NCBI GenBank assembly: GCA_002269645.1 | Contig: NIVC01000866.1 | Span: 324,441 to 388,440, forward strand | Direction of reading: 5' to 3' | DNA length: 64,000 nucleotides | From: Macrostomum lignano | Taxonomy: Eukaryota | Part shown: positions 36,574 to 47,732 of the stretch, in pieces | How positions within the stretch are numbered: position 1 is the stretch's first letter | How the letters are laid out: each line of letters opens with the position of its first letter | Notes under the pieces: model-generated | Told to the model about the DNA's origin: nothing | What the model saw: the letters and a program-made list of their open reading frames with translations, nothing else | Database searches by the model: none | Translations under genes and position numbers: made by a program

Positions 36574-39500
36574 CTAGTTTTGCGCAGCATAAAAATCAGG
36601 CGGTCTTCGAGTCCTTGCAGAACGCCGAGGGCCGACTGCGGTCGGCTCATCCAGCAAGTCCGTCCAGGTCAGCCGCGGATCGACAGCCGGGCTGGGCGGT
36701 CGGCCGGCCTCTGCAGCGGGCGGAGTCGGGGCGGACTGCCAGGAAGCGGGCTGCGGCCGCCTGCGCACGAACAGCTTGAGCCGGTCGTGATGCACCACCG
36801 TGCTTCGTCTCCGGCCGGCGGGTTTTGAGATCCGGTAGGTGACGGGGCTCAGCCTCTCGAGCACGCGGTACGGTCCCAGCCACCGCCGACGGAGAGCCTT
36901 GGACTGGCCCTTCAACACCGCCGGGTTGCTGAGCATCACCAGCTGCCCGACTTGGATCGGCGTGAAGTGCTGGCGCTTGTCGTACTGCTGCTTCCGTGAC
37001 CGCTGTGTCGACTGCAGGCGCTGCCGCACGAGCTGCAAGCCGGTGCGAGCGTCTGCCAGCGTGTCCGTGACGAGCCTCCTTTCGCCGCCTGCAGGTAAAC
37101 TGAGCTCTGCCGGGATCCTGGGGTCACATCCGTGAAGCACTGCGTTGGGCGACCTCTTGGTGGTGCAGTGCGCTGAAGAGTTGTAGGCCCAGATGACGTA
37201 CGGCAGGAAGTCCGCCCATTTGTTCTGCTGTTCCATGCAGTACGCCGCCAGCATGTCGCCTAATGTTCGGTTGAACCGCTCGACTGCAGGGTTGCCGCTG
37301 GGATGGAAGGGTGTCGTTCTTGTCTTGCGAATATCCAGCAGGCGGCACAGCTCTTGGAAGATGTCACTTTCAAACTGACGACCCTGATCGGAGTGGATGA
37401 CTTCGGGCGCTCCGTGGCGAAGAACGACACTCCTTAGCAGCGCATCCGAAACCGTCCGGGCCTCAATGTTGGACACCGCGGTCGCCTCAACCCACTTGGA
37501 AAACACGTCCGTGAAGCAGATGATGTACCTGAGGCCGGCTTCAGTCTCTGGGAGGGGCCCTTTGATGTCCACCTGCACCATCTTCCAAGGAGCTGATGGC
37601 ACGGTGTTGATCTGCAGCGGTGCCCTCTGGTGCTGATGCGGTACCTTGCGACGCTGACACACTTCGCAGCTGCTCACCCAGTGCTGGACGTCGTCCTTTA
37701 GGCCGGGCCACCAAGCTCTGCTGACGACTCTGGCCAGCGTCCTTTCGGTTCCGAGGTGCCCGCTTGCAGGATCGTCGTGCAGCAGCTGCAGCAGGTCCTG
37801 GCGAAGCTGCCGCGGGATGACGGGTTGGCCACTCTTCTTGAGGACGCCATCTTCACCAAGGTCCAGCTTCTCTGTCCTCACCAGGTGTTCTGCGTCATCT
37901 GCAGCCTTGCCACGTCTTGGCCTTTGTCCGAGGAGCACTTGTCGAGCCGCCGCTAGCACTGGGTCGTCAGCCTGCGCTACACGGATGTCGTTGTCCGACC
38001 AGGCAGGGTGCAGCCGGGTCGCCGCTGCTCGGCTCAGTGCGTCCGCAACCACGTTTTCGCGACCAGGTCTGAAGAGCAGCTTGAAGTTGATCTCCTGCAG
38101 AAACGTAATCCATCTGGCTAGCCGGCCTTCTGGCTCCTTGGTGTTGAGCAGCCCTTGCAACGGCTTGTGGTCGGTGAAGACGAGAATTTCGCCAGCGGAC
38201 GCCAAGTAGTTCCGGAAATGCTTCATCGCCCAGACCACCGCAAGAAGCTCTCTGTGGGTAGTCGAATAATTGCGCTCCGCTTTGTTCAGGACTCTCGACG
38301 CGTAGGCTACCGGACACTCTGCATCTTCGTGGAGCTGGCTCAGGACGCCGGCGATGGCCACTCCGCTGCTGTCACAGCACAACCGGAATCCCTTGGAGAA
38401 GTCAGGCAGCTTCAGTACGGGTGGTGTCGACAGAGCTGACTTCAGCTTCCGCAGAGCGTCATCGCACTGAGTTGTCCATTGAAACTGTCGACTCTTCTGA
38501 GTCGCCTGATGAAGCGGATTAGCGATGCTGGCGAAGTGCGGAACGAAACGCCGGTAGAAGCCCAGCATGCCGACAAGCCGGCGAACATCCTCAGCGCATT
38601 CGGGTATCGGGATGGACTGGATAGCGCTGACCTTGTCCTGAGTTGGTCGAATGCCTTCTGCCGAGATTTTGTGTCCTAGGTACTCAACCTCCTGGAAGCA
38701 GAAGTAGCTCTTGCGTTTGTTCAATTTGAGGCCGGCAGACTGCAGTCTTCCCAGGACCTGTTCCAGTGTTTCCGCATGCTTCTCGAAGGTCTGACTAAAC
38801 AGAATCAGATCGTCCATGTACGTGAGCACCTCTGTCCAGTTCAGGCCGGCCATCGTTAGGTCCATCAGGCGCTGAAAGGTTGCCGGGGCGTTGCAGAGGC
38901 CGAACCCGAGTTTCCTGTACTGCATCAGGCCCTGCGTGGTGTAGAAAGCGGTCTTCTCCCGGTCTTGCTCTCGCAGCTCAACCTGCAGGAACCCTTGGCG
39001 GAGGTCAAGAGTGCTGAACCAACTGCCTCCAGTGAGCGCGTCCAGCGCAGCAGACAGCGGAGGCAGCGGGTAGGCGTCCTTCACGGTGCACGAGTTGAGG
39101 GCTCTCCAGTCGGTGCAGATTCGAATCTCGTTGTTTTTCTTTCGCACCACAAGCAGATTACTCGCCCATGGACTGCAGGACGGCTCGATAATCCCGTGAC
39201 GCCGCATCTCGCTAATTTTCTCGTCCACTTGCTGCCGGTAATTCAGGGGAACGGTCCGTTGCCTATGCTTGATGGGGCGACTGCCGGGTTCCAGATTAAT
39301 CTCGTGTTGCAGCAGGTGTGTTGTTCCCAGGTCAAACTCGTGCCTGGCGAATGCCTGCTCTGCCTGGCACAGCAAGGATTCGATGCGCTCGCGCTGCGAC
39401 TCGCTCAGCTCCGGGTTGATGTTAAAGCCAGCTTCCTCTTCACCAGGTTCACCGTCTGCTCCGTTTACTTCTGCAGCGTCGAAGTTGCCGATTGCCTGGT

Positions 39501-40197
39501 TCTGGTAGAGCACCACCGGGTCGGCACTCACGTTGCAGACGCCCACTGGGAGATTTCCGTCTACGCTGGAGACCACCAGAGCCCTGTTTGGCAGCAGGCC
39601 AGTCTTGTCAATAAAATCTGAGCTGGGCTCGAATAGACCCTGCTCGACAGACGATGGCACTTTGACTGGGATGATGACGCGGCTGCGGGCTGGAATGGAC
39701 ACGGTGCTGGCAACTCTGGCAATCACGGCGGTGGGCACCACTCGGCAGGCCTGCGAGGAGCTCCTGTCCGGCAAGATCGAGATCCTGGTTGACCCCAGCT
39801 GGACGGAAGACGCCGGGAGATTGACGCTAAAACTTGAGCACATTTTCCCGATGGCGTCCATACCGAGCACGCATTCCGGCTGAATCCCGGCAACCACCAT
39901 TACCTGGTGCTCCACGGATGGCAGTCCCTCTAGCTGTATCGCTAGCGTTGCACTCGCCGGAGACTCCAAGCGTCGACCATCGATTCCGACCGGAGTGCTG
40001 ATAGGAGGATGAAGCTGAGCATCGACTCCTAGAACTCGAAGCAGCGCAGCTGAAACTAAAGTTACCTGTGCGCCAGTGTCGAACAGCCACCTGCAGGGCC
40101 GGCCAGCAATGCTGCCGGGCAGAAATATTGAGACGGTTTGGGCCTTGCTAGGCAGGGCTGGTGATGGCCCGCGCTCACCAGTCCTCAGAAGTTTCCC
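36574..40197 (-). CDS. pol: Gypsy Pol (protease, RT, RNase H, integrase), probably expressed by -1 frameshift from gag
   Basis: FDTGA protease, YMDD RT, CCDSS RNase H, HHCC integrase zinc finger, DIKGP/HSDQG/VERFN D,D35E triad and GPY motif; uninterrupted ORF. Confidence 0.95.
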   Translation of the reverse strand, partial: GKLLRTGERGPSPALPSKAQTVSIFLPGSIAGRPCRWLFDTGAQVTLVSAALLRVLGVDAQLHPPISTPVGIDGRRLESPASATLAIQLEGLPSVEHQVMVVAGIQPECVLGMDAIGKMCSSFSVNLPASSVQLGSTRISILPDRSSSQACRVVPTAVIARVASTVSIPARSRVIIPVKVPSSVEQGLFEPSSDFIDKTGLLPNRALVVSSVDGNLPVGVCNVSADPVVLYQNQAIGNFDAAEVNGADGEPGEEEAGFNINPELSESQRERIESLLCQAEQAFARHEFDLGTTHLLQHEINLEPGSRPIKHRQRTVPLNYRQQVDEKISEMRRHGIIEPSCSPWASNLLVVRKKNNEIRICTDWRALNSCTVKDAYPLPPLSAALDALTGGSWFSTLDLRQGFLQVELREQDREKTAFYTTQGLMQYRKLGFGLCNAPATFQRLMDLTMAGLNWTEVLTYMDDLILFSQTFEKHAETLEQVLGRLQSAGLKLNKRKSYFCFQEVEYLGHKISAEGIRPTQDKVSAIQSIPIPECAEDVRRLVGMLGFYRRFVPHFASIANPLHQATQKSRQFQWTTQCDDALRKLKSALSTPPVLKLPDFSKGFRLCCDSSGVAIAGVLSQLHEDAECPVAYASRVLNKAERNYSTTHRELLAVVWAMKHFRNYLASAGEILVFTDHKPLQGLLNTKEPEGRLARWITFLQEINFKLLFRPGRENVVADALSRAAATRLHPAWSDNDIRVAQADDPVLAAARQVLLGQRPRRGKAADDAEHLVRTEKLDLGEDGVLKKSGQPVIPRQLRQDLLQLLHDDPASGHLGTERTLARVVSRAWWPGLKDDVQHWVSSCEVCQRRKVPHQHQRAPLQINTVPSAPWKMVQVDIKGPLPETEAGLRYIICFTDVFSKWVEATAVSNIEARTVSDALLRSVVLRHGAPEVIHSDQGRQFESDIFQELCRLLDIRKTRTTPFHPSGNPAVERFNRTLGDMLAAYCMEQQNKWADFLPYVIWAYNSSAHCTTKRSPNAVLHGCDPRIPAELSLPAGGERRLVTDTLADARTGLQLVRQRLQSTQRSRKQQYDKRQHFTPIQVGQLVMLSNPAVLKGQSKALRRRWLGPYRVLERLSPVTYRISKPAGRRRSTVVHHDRLKLFVRRRPQPASWQSAPTPPAAEAGRPPSPAVDPRLTWTDLLDEPTAVGPRRSARTRRPPDFYAAQN
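40140..40197 (-). promoter_or_regulatory. Candidate -1 programmed ribosomal frameshift signal
   Basis: Slippery G GGA AAC in the gag frame (40191-40197), followed by stem CTGGTGA/TCACCAG whose loop GGGCC can pair with downstream GGCCC (H-type pseudoknot). Confidence 0.8.
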
Positions 40198-41027
40198 GAA
40201 GCCGGGGTCGGGCAGACCTCGGCCCGGTGTCCTCTGCCTGAGCAGCGGCTGCACACAGACGGCACAGCTGGAGCGACTTGCTTGCCTGGACACTGAGCAG
40301 CGAAATGACCGGGCTGAGCGCAGTTGAAGCATTTTCCACGGGTGCTGCCTCTTCCACGAGCTGCATTCCTTCTCCCACCGCGCTGTCCTCCGCGGCTGCC
40401 AATGGTGGCGACCGTCGCAGCCAGATCCGCCAACTGCTCTTGCATTTGCTCCAGCCGGTCAGTCACTTGGCTGCTCACCGATGTCACTGCGACGCTTGCC
40501 GGGGCTCCTTTGCTGCCGATGCTCTCCAGCGCTGTGGCGCGGTCTGCCAGCTGTTCAGGACTGCTGCTGTCATAATCCGAAGCTTTCAACAGAGCCTCAC
40601 GGATCTCTGTCGGCAGCAGAGCTAGCAGTCGGTGTCGCACTTCGCAATCTCTCACCGTTTGAGCGTGCTCCGGGCGTGCCTTTCGATACAGAAGCTTGAG
40701 TGCGTAGCACAGCTCCCTCAGCGACTCTCCTTGGCGTCGCTTCCGGCTCTCGAACTCAGACATAGCGCGAAAAGTGTTATCCTTGCCTCTGTAGAACTTG
40801 ACGAGTTCGTCCTTTAAGATCTTGTAGCTGCTCTGTTTGGCCGCTGGCAGGTCCCAGACGAACACGAGGGCTTCACCTGATAGAAGCAGCTTGATCTTGG
40901 ATGCCATCTTGGTGTCGTTCCACTCAGAATCTGCTGCAAAGTCCTCAAACATCTGCAGCCACATGTTGATATCAGTATCGTCTGAGCCAGAAAACTTTGG
41001 CGGTAAAAGTGCATTTGCGTGCGCCAT
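40185..41027 (-). CDS. gag: Gypsy Gag, 280 aa, with two CCHC zinc knuckles
   Basis: PPKFSG capsid-like start; CFNCAQPGHFAAQC and CSRCSGRGHRAEVC. Confidence 0.92.
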   Translation of the reverse strand: MAHANALLPPKFSGSDDTDINMWLQMFEDFAADSEWNDTKMASKIKLLLSGEALVFVWDLPAAKQSSYKILKDELVKFYRGKDNTFRAMSEFESRKRRQGESLRELCYALKLLYRKARPEHAQTVRDCEVRHRLLALLPTEIREALLKASDYDSSSPEQLADRATALESIGSKGAPASVAVTSVSSQVTDRLEQMQEQLADLAATVATIGSRGGQRGGRRNAARGRGSTRGKCFNCAQPGHFAAQCPGKQVAPAVPSVCSRCSGRGHRAEVCPTPASGNF

Positions 41028-41051
41028 AAGTGAGCCGGTTTGCAACTGAGG

Positions 41052-41063
41052 CCGCTGCCACCA
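41052..41063 (-). other. Primer binding site complementary to a tRNA-Leu 3' end
   Basis: TGGTGGCAGCGG 1 nt after the 5' LTR; complementary to ...CCGCUGCCACCA, the usual 3' end of animal tRNA-Leu(AAG/UAG). Confidence 0.85.
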
Positions 41064-41245
41064 ATGTAAACTGAGAGAAGGCGAGAGTTAAGCGAGACCA
41101 AAAACACACGAAGTGGCTAAAGCCACGCGCAACGATTTATATATTTGCAATGTACATCAATCAATGTACATCGCGATTATTTGCAGATGAATAACTCCGA
41201 CCCAATAACAACCACACAACAGCGAAAACATTCACGCCTCTTACA

Positions 41246-41626
41246 GCGGGGCAGGGATACTGAAATCAATCTTTCTCTTTCGCCAGGGCAACGCTAATCT
41301 CGGGATAAAGCAGTTACATCTAGATAATAAGATGGGTTTTCAATTCAATCAACAGCTTTCTTGCTTACTGACCACATCAGAAAAAATCTAGCTGGGTGAA
41401 GATGAACGCAGTGCAATTCATGTTGATGGCTGTATTAATCAGAAAAATTGATGCTCACCAAAAAAACAAGCTGAAATATTAAATTACCATCAAAGGCAGC
41501 AAAGCAATACTCGTAAATTGTCAACCCAGCTTTTTCAAAAGACTTAAGCCCAGATTAAATTTTGCAGAGGCGGCCGAATGGAAAAAAGCATAAATATACG
41601 GGCCGCCTCACGACAATCAAGAGCAG
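41246..41626 (+). repeat. 381-bp direct duplication of the GPCR upstream region, right copy
   Basis: Matches 35906-36286; continues into the 5' leader and ATG of GPCR paralog 2. Confidence 0.92.
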
Positions 41627-41650
41627 CATCTCAGACGCTTTGAGCAAGAC

Positions 41651-42817
41651 ATGGCCAACTCCTCCGCCCCAGAAACGAGCTTCTACGCCAGCCTGAGCAG
41701 CGCCATCGTCGACTGCCTCCCCGATGCGCCCAACCGGCACATCTTCTGTCCGATCAGCACAGCCTACGGAGTTGTGACGGGCCTCCTGCTGCCTCTGGTG
41801 ACGGTTTCCGGTCTGTTCGGTAACTGCGCCACCGTGTGGGTCACGCTGGGTCGCGGAGCCGAGCGCACCAGACTCAACGTCTACCTGGGCGCCATGGCGA
41901 TCGCCGACAGCGCCTACCTGCTCGTGGGTGGCGTACTGAGCCAGTTTCTTCGCCGCGGCCTGCCTTGGATCAGCGGTGGTCAGTTTGGCTTCATTGTAAC
42001 TAACTACTCACCCACTCTGTGCACTGTATACCGATTCGCTGATAAGTGGCTCGGCCTACAGTCGATGTGCATCTTCCTGGCGATGGTGCTGGACCGAGCT
42101 CTGTGTCTGGCCATGCCATTCCGCTTCCAGACGGTCTCGCATCGCACGGCCTGGCGAGTTTGCGGCGTCGCTGTAGCGGCTTCCTTTGCCCTGAGCTCCG
42201 TCTGCCTAGCTGTCTACAGCTGGTATGAGCTTCAGTTCACGCCCAATGCCCCACGACTAATTGTCTGCATGGTTAATTCACACATCGAAGGCTTTGCCAA
42301 AGTACTATTGAGTGTGTACATGCCCCTGTTCCTGAACCCACCGACTCTTCCGGTATTCTGTGTGCTGCTCACGAACTGCTACCTCGCCTGCAAGCTGGTA
42401 GTCATCCTGCGTCAACACCGTCAGCTCTCGTCGTCGCTCACGACAGCTGCTGACGAGAGAGACAAGATGACCAACACGATCGTGTGCGTCGCCATGTCAG
42501 TCCTGCTCACTGTGTGCTCTCTGCCCAGTGTGCTCACCATTCTATCAGGGCAGATCATTGGTCAGCACAGGACAGAGGCGGATGCTCAGCTCCTTCGCGC
42601 TCTGCTAAACATCTCGCAGCTGAGCGAGGCGCTCGTCATCTTCAACCAGAGCGGTAACTGGCTGCTTCTGCTGTGGAAGAGCCCGAGTTACCGACGGAGA
42701 TTTGTGGCTCTGTTCCGACTGGAGCGTTGCAAGCACCGCGGTAGCGGCACTGGTCGTTCCGCGCCAACAGATCCTCTGCCGATGAGCAACCAGGCTAACA
42801 TACCTGGCCGCTTCTGA
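41651..42817 (+). CDS. Intronless rhodopsin-class (7TM) orphan GPCR, paralog 2, 388 aa
   Basis: N-terminal NSS sequon; GLFGN (TM1), LGAMAIADS (TM2), VLDRALCLAMPF (DRY-like), LPxFC TM5, CSLP (TM6) and NQSGNW..KSPSYR (TM7/helix 8). Confidence 0.92.
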   Translation: MANSSAPETSFYASLSSAIVDCLPDAPNRHIFCPISTAYGVVTGLLLPLVTVSGLFGNCATVWVTLGRGAERTRLNVYLGAMAIADSAYLLVGGVLSQFLRRGLPWISGGQFGFIVTNYSPTLCTVYRFADKWLGLQSMCIFLAMVLDRALCLAMPFRFQTVSHRTAWRVCGVAVAASFALSSVCLAVYSWYELQFTPNAPRLIVCMVNSHIEGFAKVLLSVYMPLFLNPPTLPVFCVLLTNCYLACKLVVILRQHRQLSSSLTTAADERDKMTNTIVCVAMSVLLTVCSLPSVLTILSGQIIGQHRTEADAQLLRALLNISQLSEALVIFNQSGNWLLLLWKSPSYRRRFVALFRLERCKHRGSGTGRSAPTDPLPMSNQANIPGRF

Positions 42818-43659
42818 AATGACTTGCGGAAAAATCGGATGAGCCGTTGTCAAATGTCACTGACCTGAACTCATTTTGCTTGTTGTGTCGCTTTTGCTGT
42901 ATTAGTTGTGGCTATTCGATCAAGAATTCTATTTTATGTCAGAAACTGAAGGAACTAGTTTAATCGGCCATCAAAAAGAAAGAATGCATTATGCTTGTTG
43001 TAATGAACAGCAATAGTTGGTTCAAGCTTGACGGTAGTTTTTCAGTAGTATGAGTGTTTGTTCACGTAGCTATCACCCAAATGTTTCGTCCTAAACTTTA
43101 AAATTAAGCTCACCAATAACCACTGTCTTATTGCTGTAGTATGTCGTCTCCAGTTCCCGCCCTCAGTTTTAAAAACCCGTGTACTACACCTACTCTTTAG
43201 ATTACAGCCGAACTCTTCAGTAACTGTTTGAACCTCGGTACAACAAAACAGCATTGTAAGTAAATTGAACGCGACATCTGGACTTTATTTTTCAATATCA
43301 CCTGCTTTCGCACCAGCTAGAATGCATACCCGAAATTACCAGTAATTTTTAGCACAAGTTTTTGCCCCGGCATCATATTTTGATTGTGTTGGTCTTTCAT
43401 CATTTTATAGTACCGAGTATTATTTTTTTCGTTTATTGCCTCCCCGAGTAAGACTGGCAGTGTGTAACTCAAATAATTTTGGACTCACTCGGATTTAAAC
43501 ATGTGCCCTTCACACCGCAATGATCTCCCCACAGACCCGATAATTCGCCCTAGCGAAATAGCGAAAGTAGCGAAATAGCCCTAATTAGTGCTGTGAGCCA
43601 CGCTAAAGGCCTCACTACTGTTGGATCAAAACCTAGCGGCTTTTGAATAGTAGACCGTT

Positions 43660-46600
43660 CTCTACCGTGAGCATCTCCAAAACATGCCATAATGGCTTCT
43701 CCACCTGTGAGAATCGTCTCCAATCGCCTGAACTGGCGAGACGACTAAAGTTTGAAATGAATACATGTACTGTAGGTCGGCGCTCAGCTCAATCTCCAAC
43801 GGAATAACTGGTGCTTCAAACGCCACACAGTTGATGATTGCACTGCGCACTTTTCTGCATCAACGGACGAGTATGTGAAACGCAACCGCGACAATTAACG
43901 CGTCCACGTGGGGGTGTCTTTTCCTAGGATGTAAGTACCTATGTGGTCATATTACATTATTGCAGATGCCCATCGGGAGATACGCGTGGATGTTCGCCCC
44001 TAAGCGCCTCCTTTAGAATCGCCCTTAGTAAGCGGAACTCCGCCTTTCTTCCAATAATTTACTTTGGCCTTGAAGAGACTTCTGGTGATGAAGATGACCG
44101 AGTGAACTCTTAAGTGAATCCGCCGGAAAAGGGCGCCTTTGGATGCGTCCGTCGTGAGGGTGACCTCTTTCTCAAAAGTGTTTGTCTGGACGACCGACTG
44201 TGACGCGATTTTTTCTTCTTCAGAGCACGAAAAGCAGATTTTCAGCTTGTGAATCACGAGAAAGGTACATTGGAATGCCGCAAGTCGTTAAAAAGTTTTG
44301 CCTTTCTTTAGAAATTCGGATGACCAAAACATTTCACGAGTCAGATCAAGTTCTCTATTTGTTTCTCATTCCTGGGTGTGGCGATGTTGCAGATCTTGTC
44401 CACAAGTCTATCGTCTGGCTGGATGCCGTCAGATGGGATTTTGAAGCCTAGGAAAGAGACTATGTCCGTCTCTTCTACGCACTTGCTGTCTTTGATGGCG
44501 ACATGATTCTCCACAAGTTTGGCTTAATGAGAGAGTCTTTTTAGCAGCGACTCTGAATATTCGGTAAAGACCAGGACATCTTGTTGATAAATAAAAACCC
44601 ATTGTAAGTCAGATAGAATGCTTTCCAAAAGGAATTAGGCATTTTCATCCTTATCTGCAGTTATTTATGCAAACAACAGACCCTTTGACATTAAAATTAC
44701 AGATAGATCCTAGGCAGCTTTTGTTCAACACCATCTGCCGGTAGGCGGATCGCAGGTCAACCCCGGCTAACCTCCTCGCGTTCTTGATCCTTTCTAGTAG
44801 GCATTCTACGCTCATCTTCATCCTAATTAACCAATGAGGATTGGTTAATCCTCAGAACGTATTTTAGCATTCACATGCACACTGTAGTCAGCACACATCC
44901 TTACAGTTTCGGCTTCTTTATTCAAACCACAGGTGACGAATTGCTCAGCGGGCTATCTACTAGCTCGATCACTCCCAGCTTCTGCAACCTGTAAAAACTC
45001 GGCGTTGGCAGCAGGTTCGAGAGCTATAGGTACATTACGCGCGCGACAGAACATCGCAGTGGCATCTTCGATGAGCTCAATCGTGGCATTGACGTCCTTG
45101 ATCATTGCTAGTGTAGTGAGCCGCTAGTTTAGTGTTAGGCGTCATCCATCTTGTCAGAAGTTTCCTTCCCCCCTCGCCCTCGCCCTCGCCCTCGCCCTCG
45201 CCCTCGCCCTCGCCCTCGCCCTCGCCCTCGCCCTCGCCCTCGCCCTGCCGCTAGGCACCCTGCCGCCTCCCCTCTGTCTGCCTGTTTGCTGTCCATTCCC
45301 CGTTTGCTGCTTGTCCTCTGCCCCGTTTTCTGCGCTCCTGTTTGCAGCCACATGCTTCTCTGCTGTGATCTGCTTTTGTTTTGCTCCAGTCCTGAGGTTT
45401 ACTGAGGAATCACGTGCCCCAGGGCCCTTACCCTCTCTAAGGTAAACCGTGACTCATATTTCTAAAAATAGACACTGAGTCACGCGGCCCTGTGCACTTT
45501 GCCCGGGGACCCCTGCCTCCTCTGGCGGGAAGTGACTTCCCTATACTAAAAATTCAGTTCTAAAAATAGAACGAGTCACGAGACACGAGGTCTCGCGCAC
45601 AAAGAGATTCTCAGGCCATAAGTACGGACCCCTCACCCTTGTTTCCGTCAAGGATTGTTTCACCTGTCAGTTCACAGACTTGAACCCGCGTGTGTGCTAT
45701 CAAGTCTTTGTTATTGGTCTGACTGTGACCCTTCTGAAGCCAACACCAAGTCTACAAGAGGCTAACACAGCCTTCCCATCCACCCCTTACGAGCTAAGCC
45801 CGGCAGGATCTGCTGACAAGATGCCCTGTCAAGCTGCAACTCTGCACACGGTGCTGTGTTCGCTCGTCTTAATTATTTCGTCCCGACAGAAGCTCACCTC
45901 ACCGAAGGCCGAGACCCCACGGACTGGTGGCACCACTACCTACGCTACTAAGAGCTACTAAGAAGGCTCCCAGAAGAAGAGGCTCGAGACTTAAGACCTA
46001 CCAGGCCACCTCGAGACAACCACGAGGCAACCATAAGTACTTCACTGGAGCCTTCACTGGTAGGCTGTAGGCTGTCGCTGGCTGTGGTTACACTGAAAAG
46101 CTGGTGGTCAGATTCCAACAGATCTCTACCAAGAAATCCAAAAGATTTTGTCGAACGAAGAGCATTCAGGTCTGTGGGACGCAGACCACGACAGTAGCGT
46201 ACCGCCATAGAGGCGGCGGTAGCAAAACTTTAGCGTTGGACGCCTGGGCGAGTAAGATGATGTTGACGTACAGAGGCGCCTGTGTCAAGCAGCAAATGTT
46301 TTCAAGCTGGCTTCTACCGAGTGAATTACTTCTACGTTGGACAGGTGCAAAACCTCAGTGCTATTGTCGTTACTTCCATATTGTGCGCAGGCTTGAACAG
46401 GTAGAGCGTTATTACGGAGGCAAAGTGGTTGAGCTTTCTGCATTTGCTGCACCGCTGTACCAAGGCTGGACATTTTCTAGCGACATGGCTCTTTTTATAG
46501 TAGCGACAACACTGATGCTAATTTTGGCGCTTGTAATTTCCGCGGAAGATCTGAGTATGCGACTCACAAGCAGTGTTTGAAGGAAGTGGCCGTAGACAGG

Positions 46601-47010
46601 ACGCCAGCAACGAACCCTACCTGCAACGAAGTCCTCTACTTGCTCGATTCGCCTTGTCAGGACAACAATATCCGCGATACTGAGTTCTTCTGCCTGCATC
46701 GCTTTGAGAACTCCGTGTTGCGTCCGTGGGCAAATGCGAGGTTAACCATTTCAATCTCTTGGCTTTGAGCTTTTATCTAGGGAATCAAATTAACAATGGC
46801 GAGCAGCTTTCCTCAGCCTCGTCAGGAAATCGGGCAGTATCTCGTTCTCATGCTGTCTCACTCCAAAAGTGCAAAACTTGTTGCGCTTGGCCAGTATGAT
46901 ACGCAACTTTGGTTTCAAGTACGACAAGATGGCTTCCTCAATGCCAGTAAACATCTCACCATCGAATTCTTTGGACGCCCAAGCAGAGTGACTGCAGAGA
47001 AACCGCACAG
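43660..47010 (-). mobile_element. Heavily degenerate Ty3/Gypsy remnant with nested insertions
   Basis: Minus-strand fragments: gag-like (RQHENEILPDFLTRLRKAARHC, about 46800-46900), RT-like (YQQDVLVF; VSFLGFKIPSDGIQPD, about 44400-44600) and RNase H-like (VTLTTDAS, about 44110). Many stops and frameshifts; boundaries are approximate. Confidence 0.65.
45171..45242. repeat. (CCCTCG)12 hexanucleotide repeat
   Basis: Read directly. Confidence 0.95.
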
Positions 47011-47732
47011 TGCCAGAAAATAAACGTTTTAAATATCATTCGGTCCTGAGCAAAGGTAAAACCTATATCGACTTATTTGCATTGACTCGCTGATTGAGTG
47101 AATCCATCAGTTCATCACTGAGCTGCAAAATCTCAAGCATAGTATAGAACAGCGACGCCTTCGAATGCTAGAAGGTTCCTCAGTCTACTACAGGAATGAC
47201 TTCAAAGAGTGAAATGTAGCGGGAATCGGGAACCGGCCCTTCAACTTAGATAAACTGCTTCCTGACTACATAGGCGCATAGACGCTATCTGCGAATCATA
47301 ATCGAAATTCCCAACAGCTTCCGAAATAACAACAGCTAACCAGCAGCAATGATTCGATACATAAACACCCTCCTAGTTATTAGAATCAATTTAGCTGCAT
47401 CCAAGTGTCAATTATGAAGTGCCTACCTGGGCACTTGGAGGCGTCTCCATTTGGATCTTGTTACTGATTACCCAAGCGTTTCTGTGCAGCAGTTGATGTC
47501 GTTGCAGTACTAGTCGTCGCTTTGGATATATCAAGAAAGTTAATGCTCAAGAAAAGGCAACTGAGAAACTATTAAATTACCATCAAAGGCAGCAAAGCAA
47601 TAATCTTTTGATTTTTTCACAAGACTTAAGCCTAGATCCAATTTCGCAGAGGTGGCCGAATGGAAAAAAGCATAAATATACGGGCCGCCTCACGACAATC
47701 AAGAGCAGCATCTTAGACGCTTTGAGCAAGAC

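Larger units (their letters stand above)
36287..41245 (-). mobile_element. Intact Ty3/Gypsy LTR retrotransposon, 4959 bp
   Basis: Identical 181-bp TG..CA LTRs (41065-41245 is 5', 36287-36467 is 3'), PBS, PPT, gag and PR-RT-RH-IN pol order. Confidence 0.97.

Noticed and set aside
44933-45127. Minus-strand RLTTLAMIK... resembling a hAT C-terminus
   Set aside because: Similarity is too short and weak to call without a profile search.
45135-45405. RG-, RA- and PR-dipeptide ORFs from (CCCTCG)12
   Set aside because: A simple repeat inside degenerate transposon DNA; no evidence of expression.
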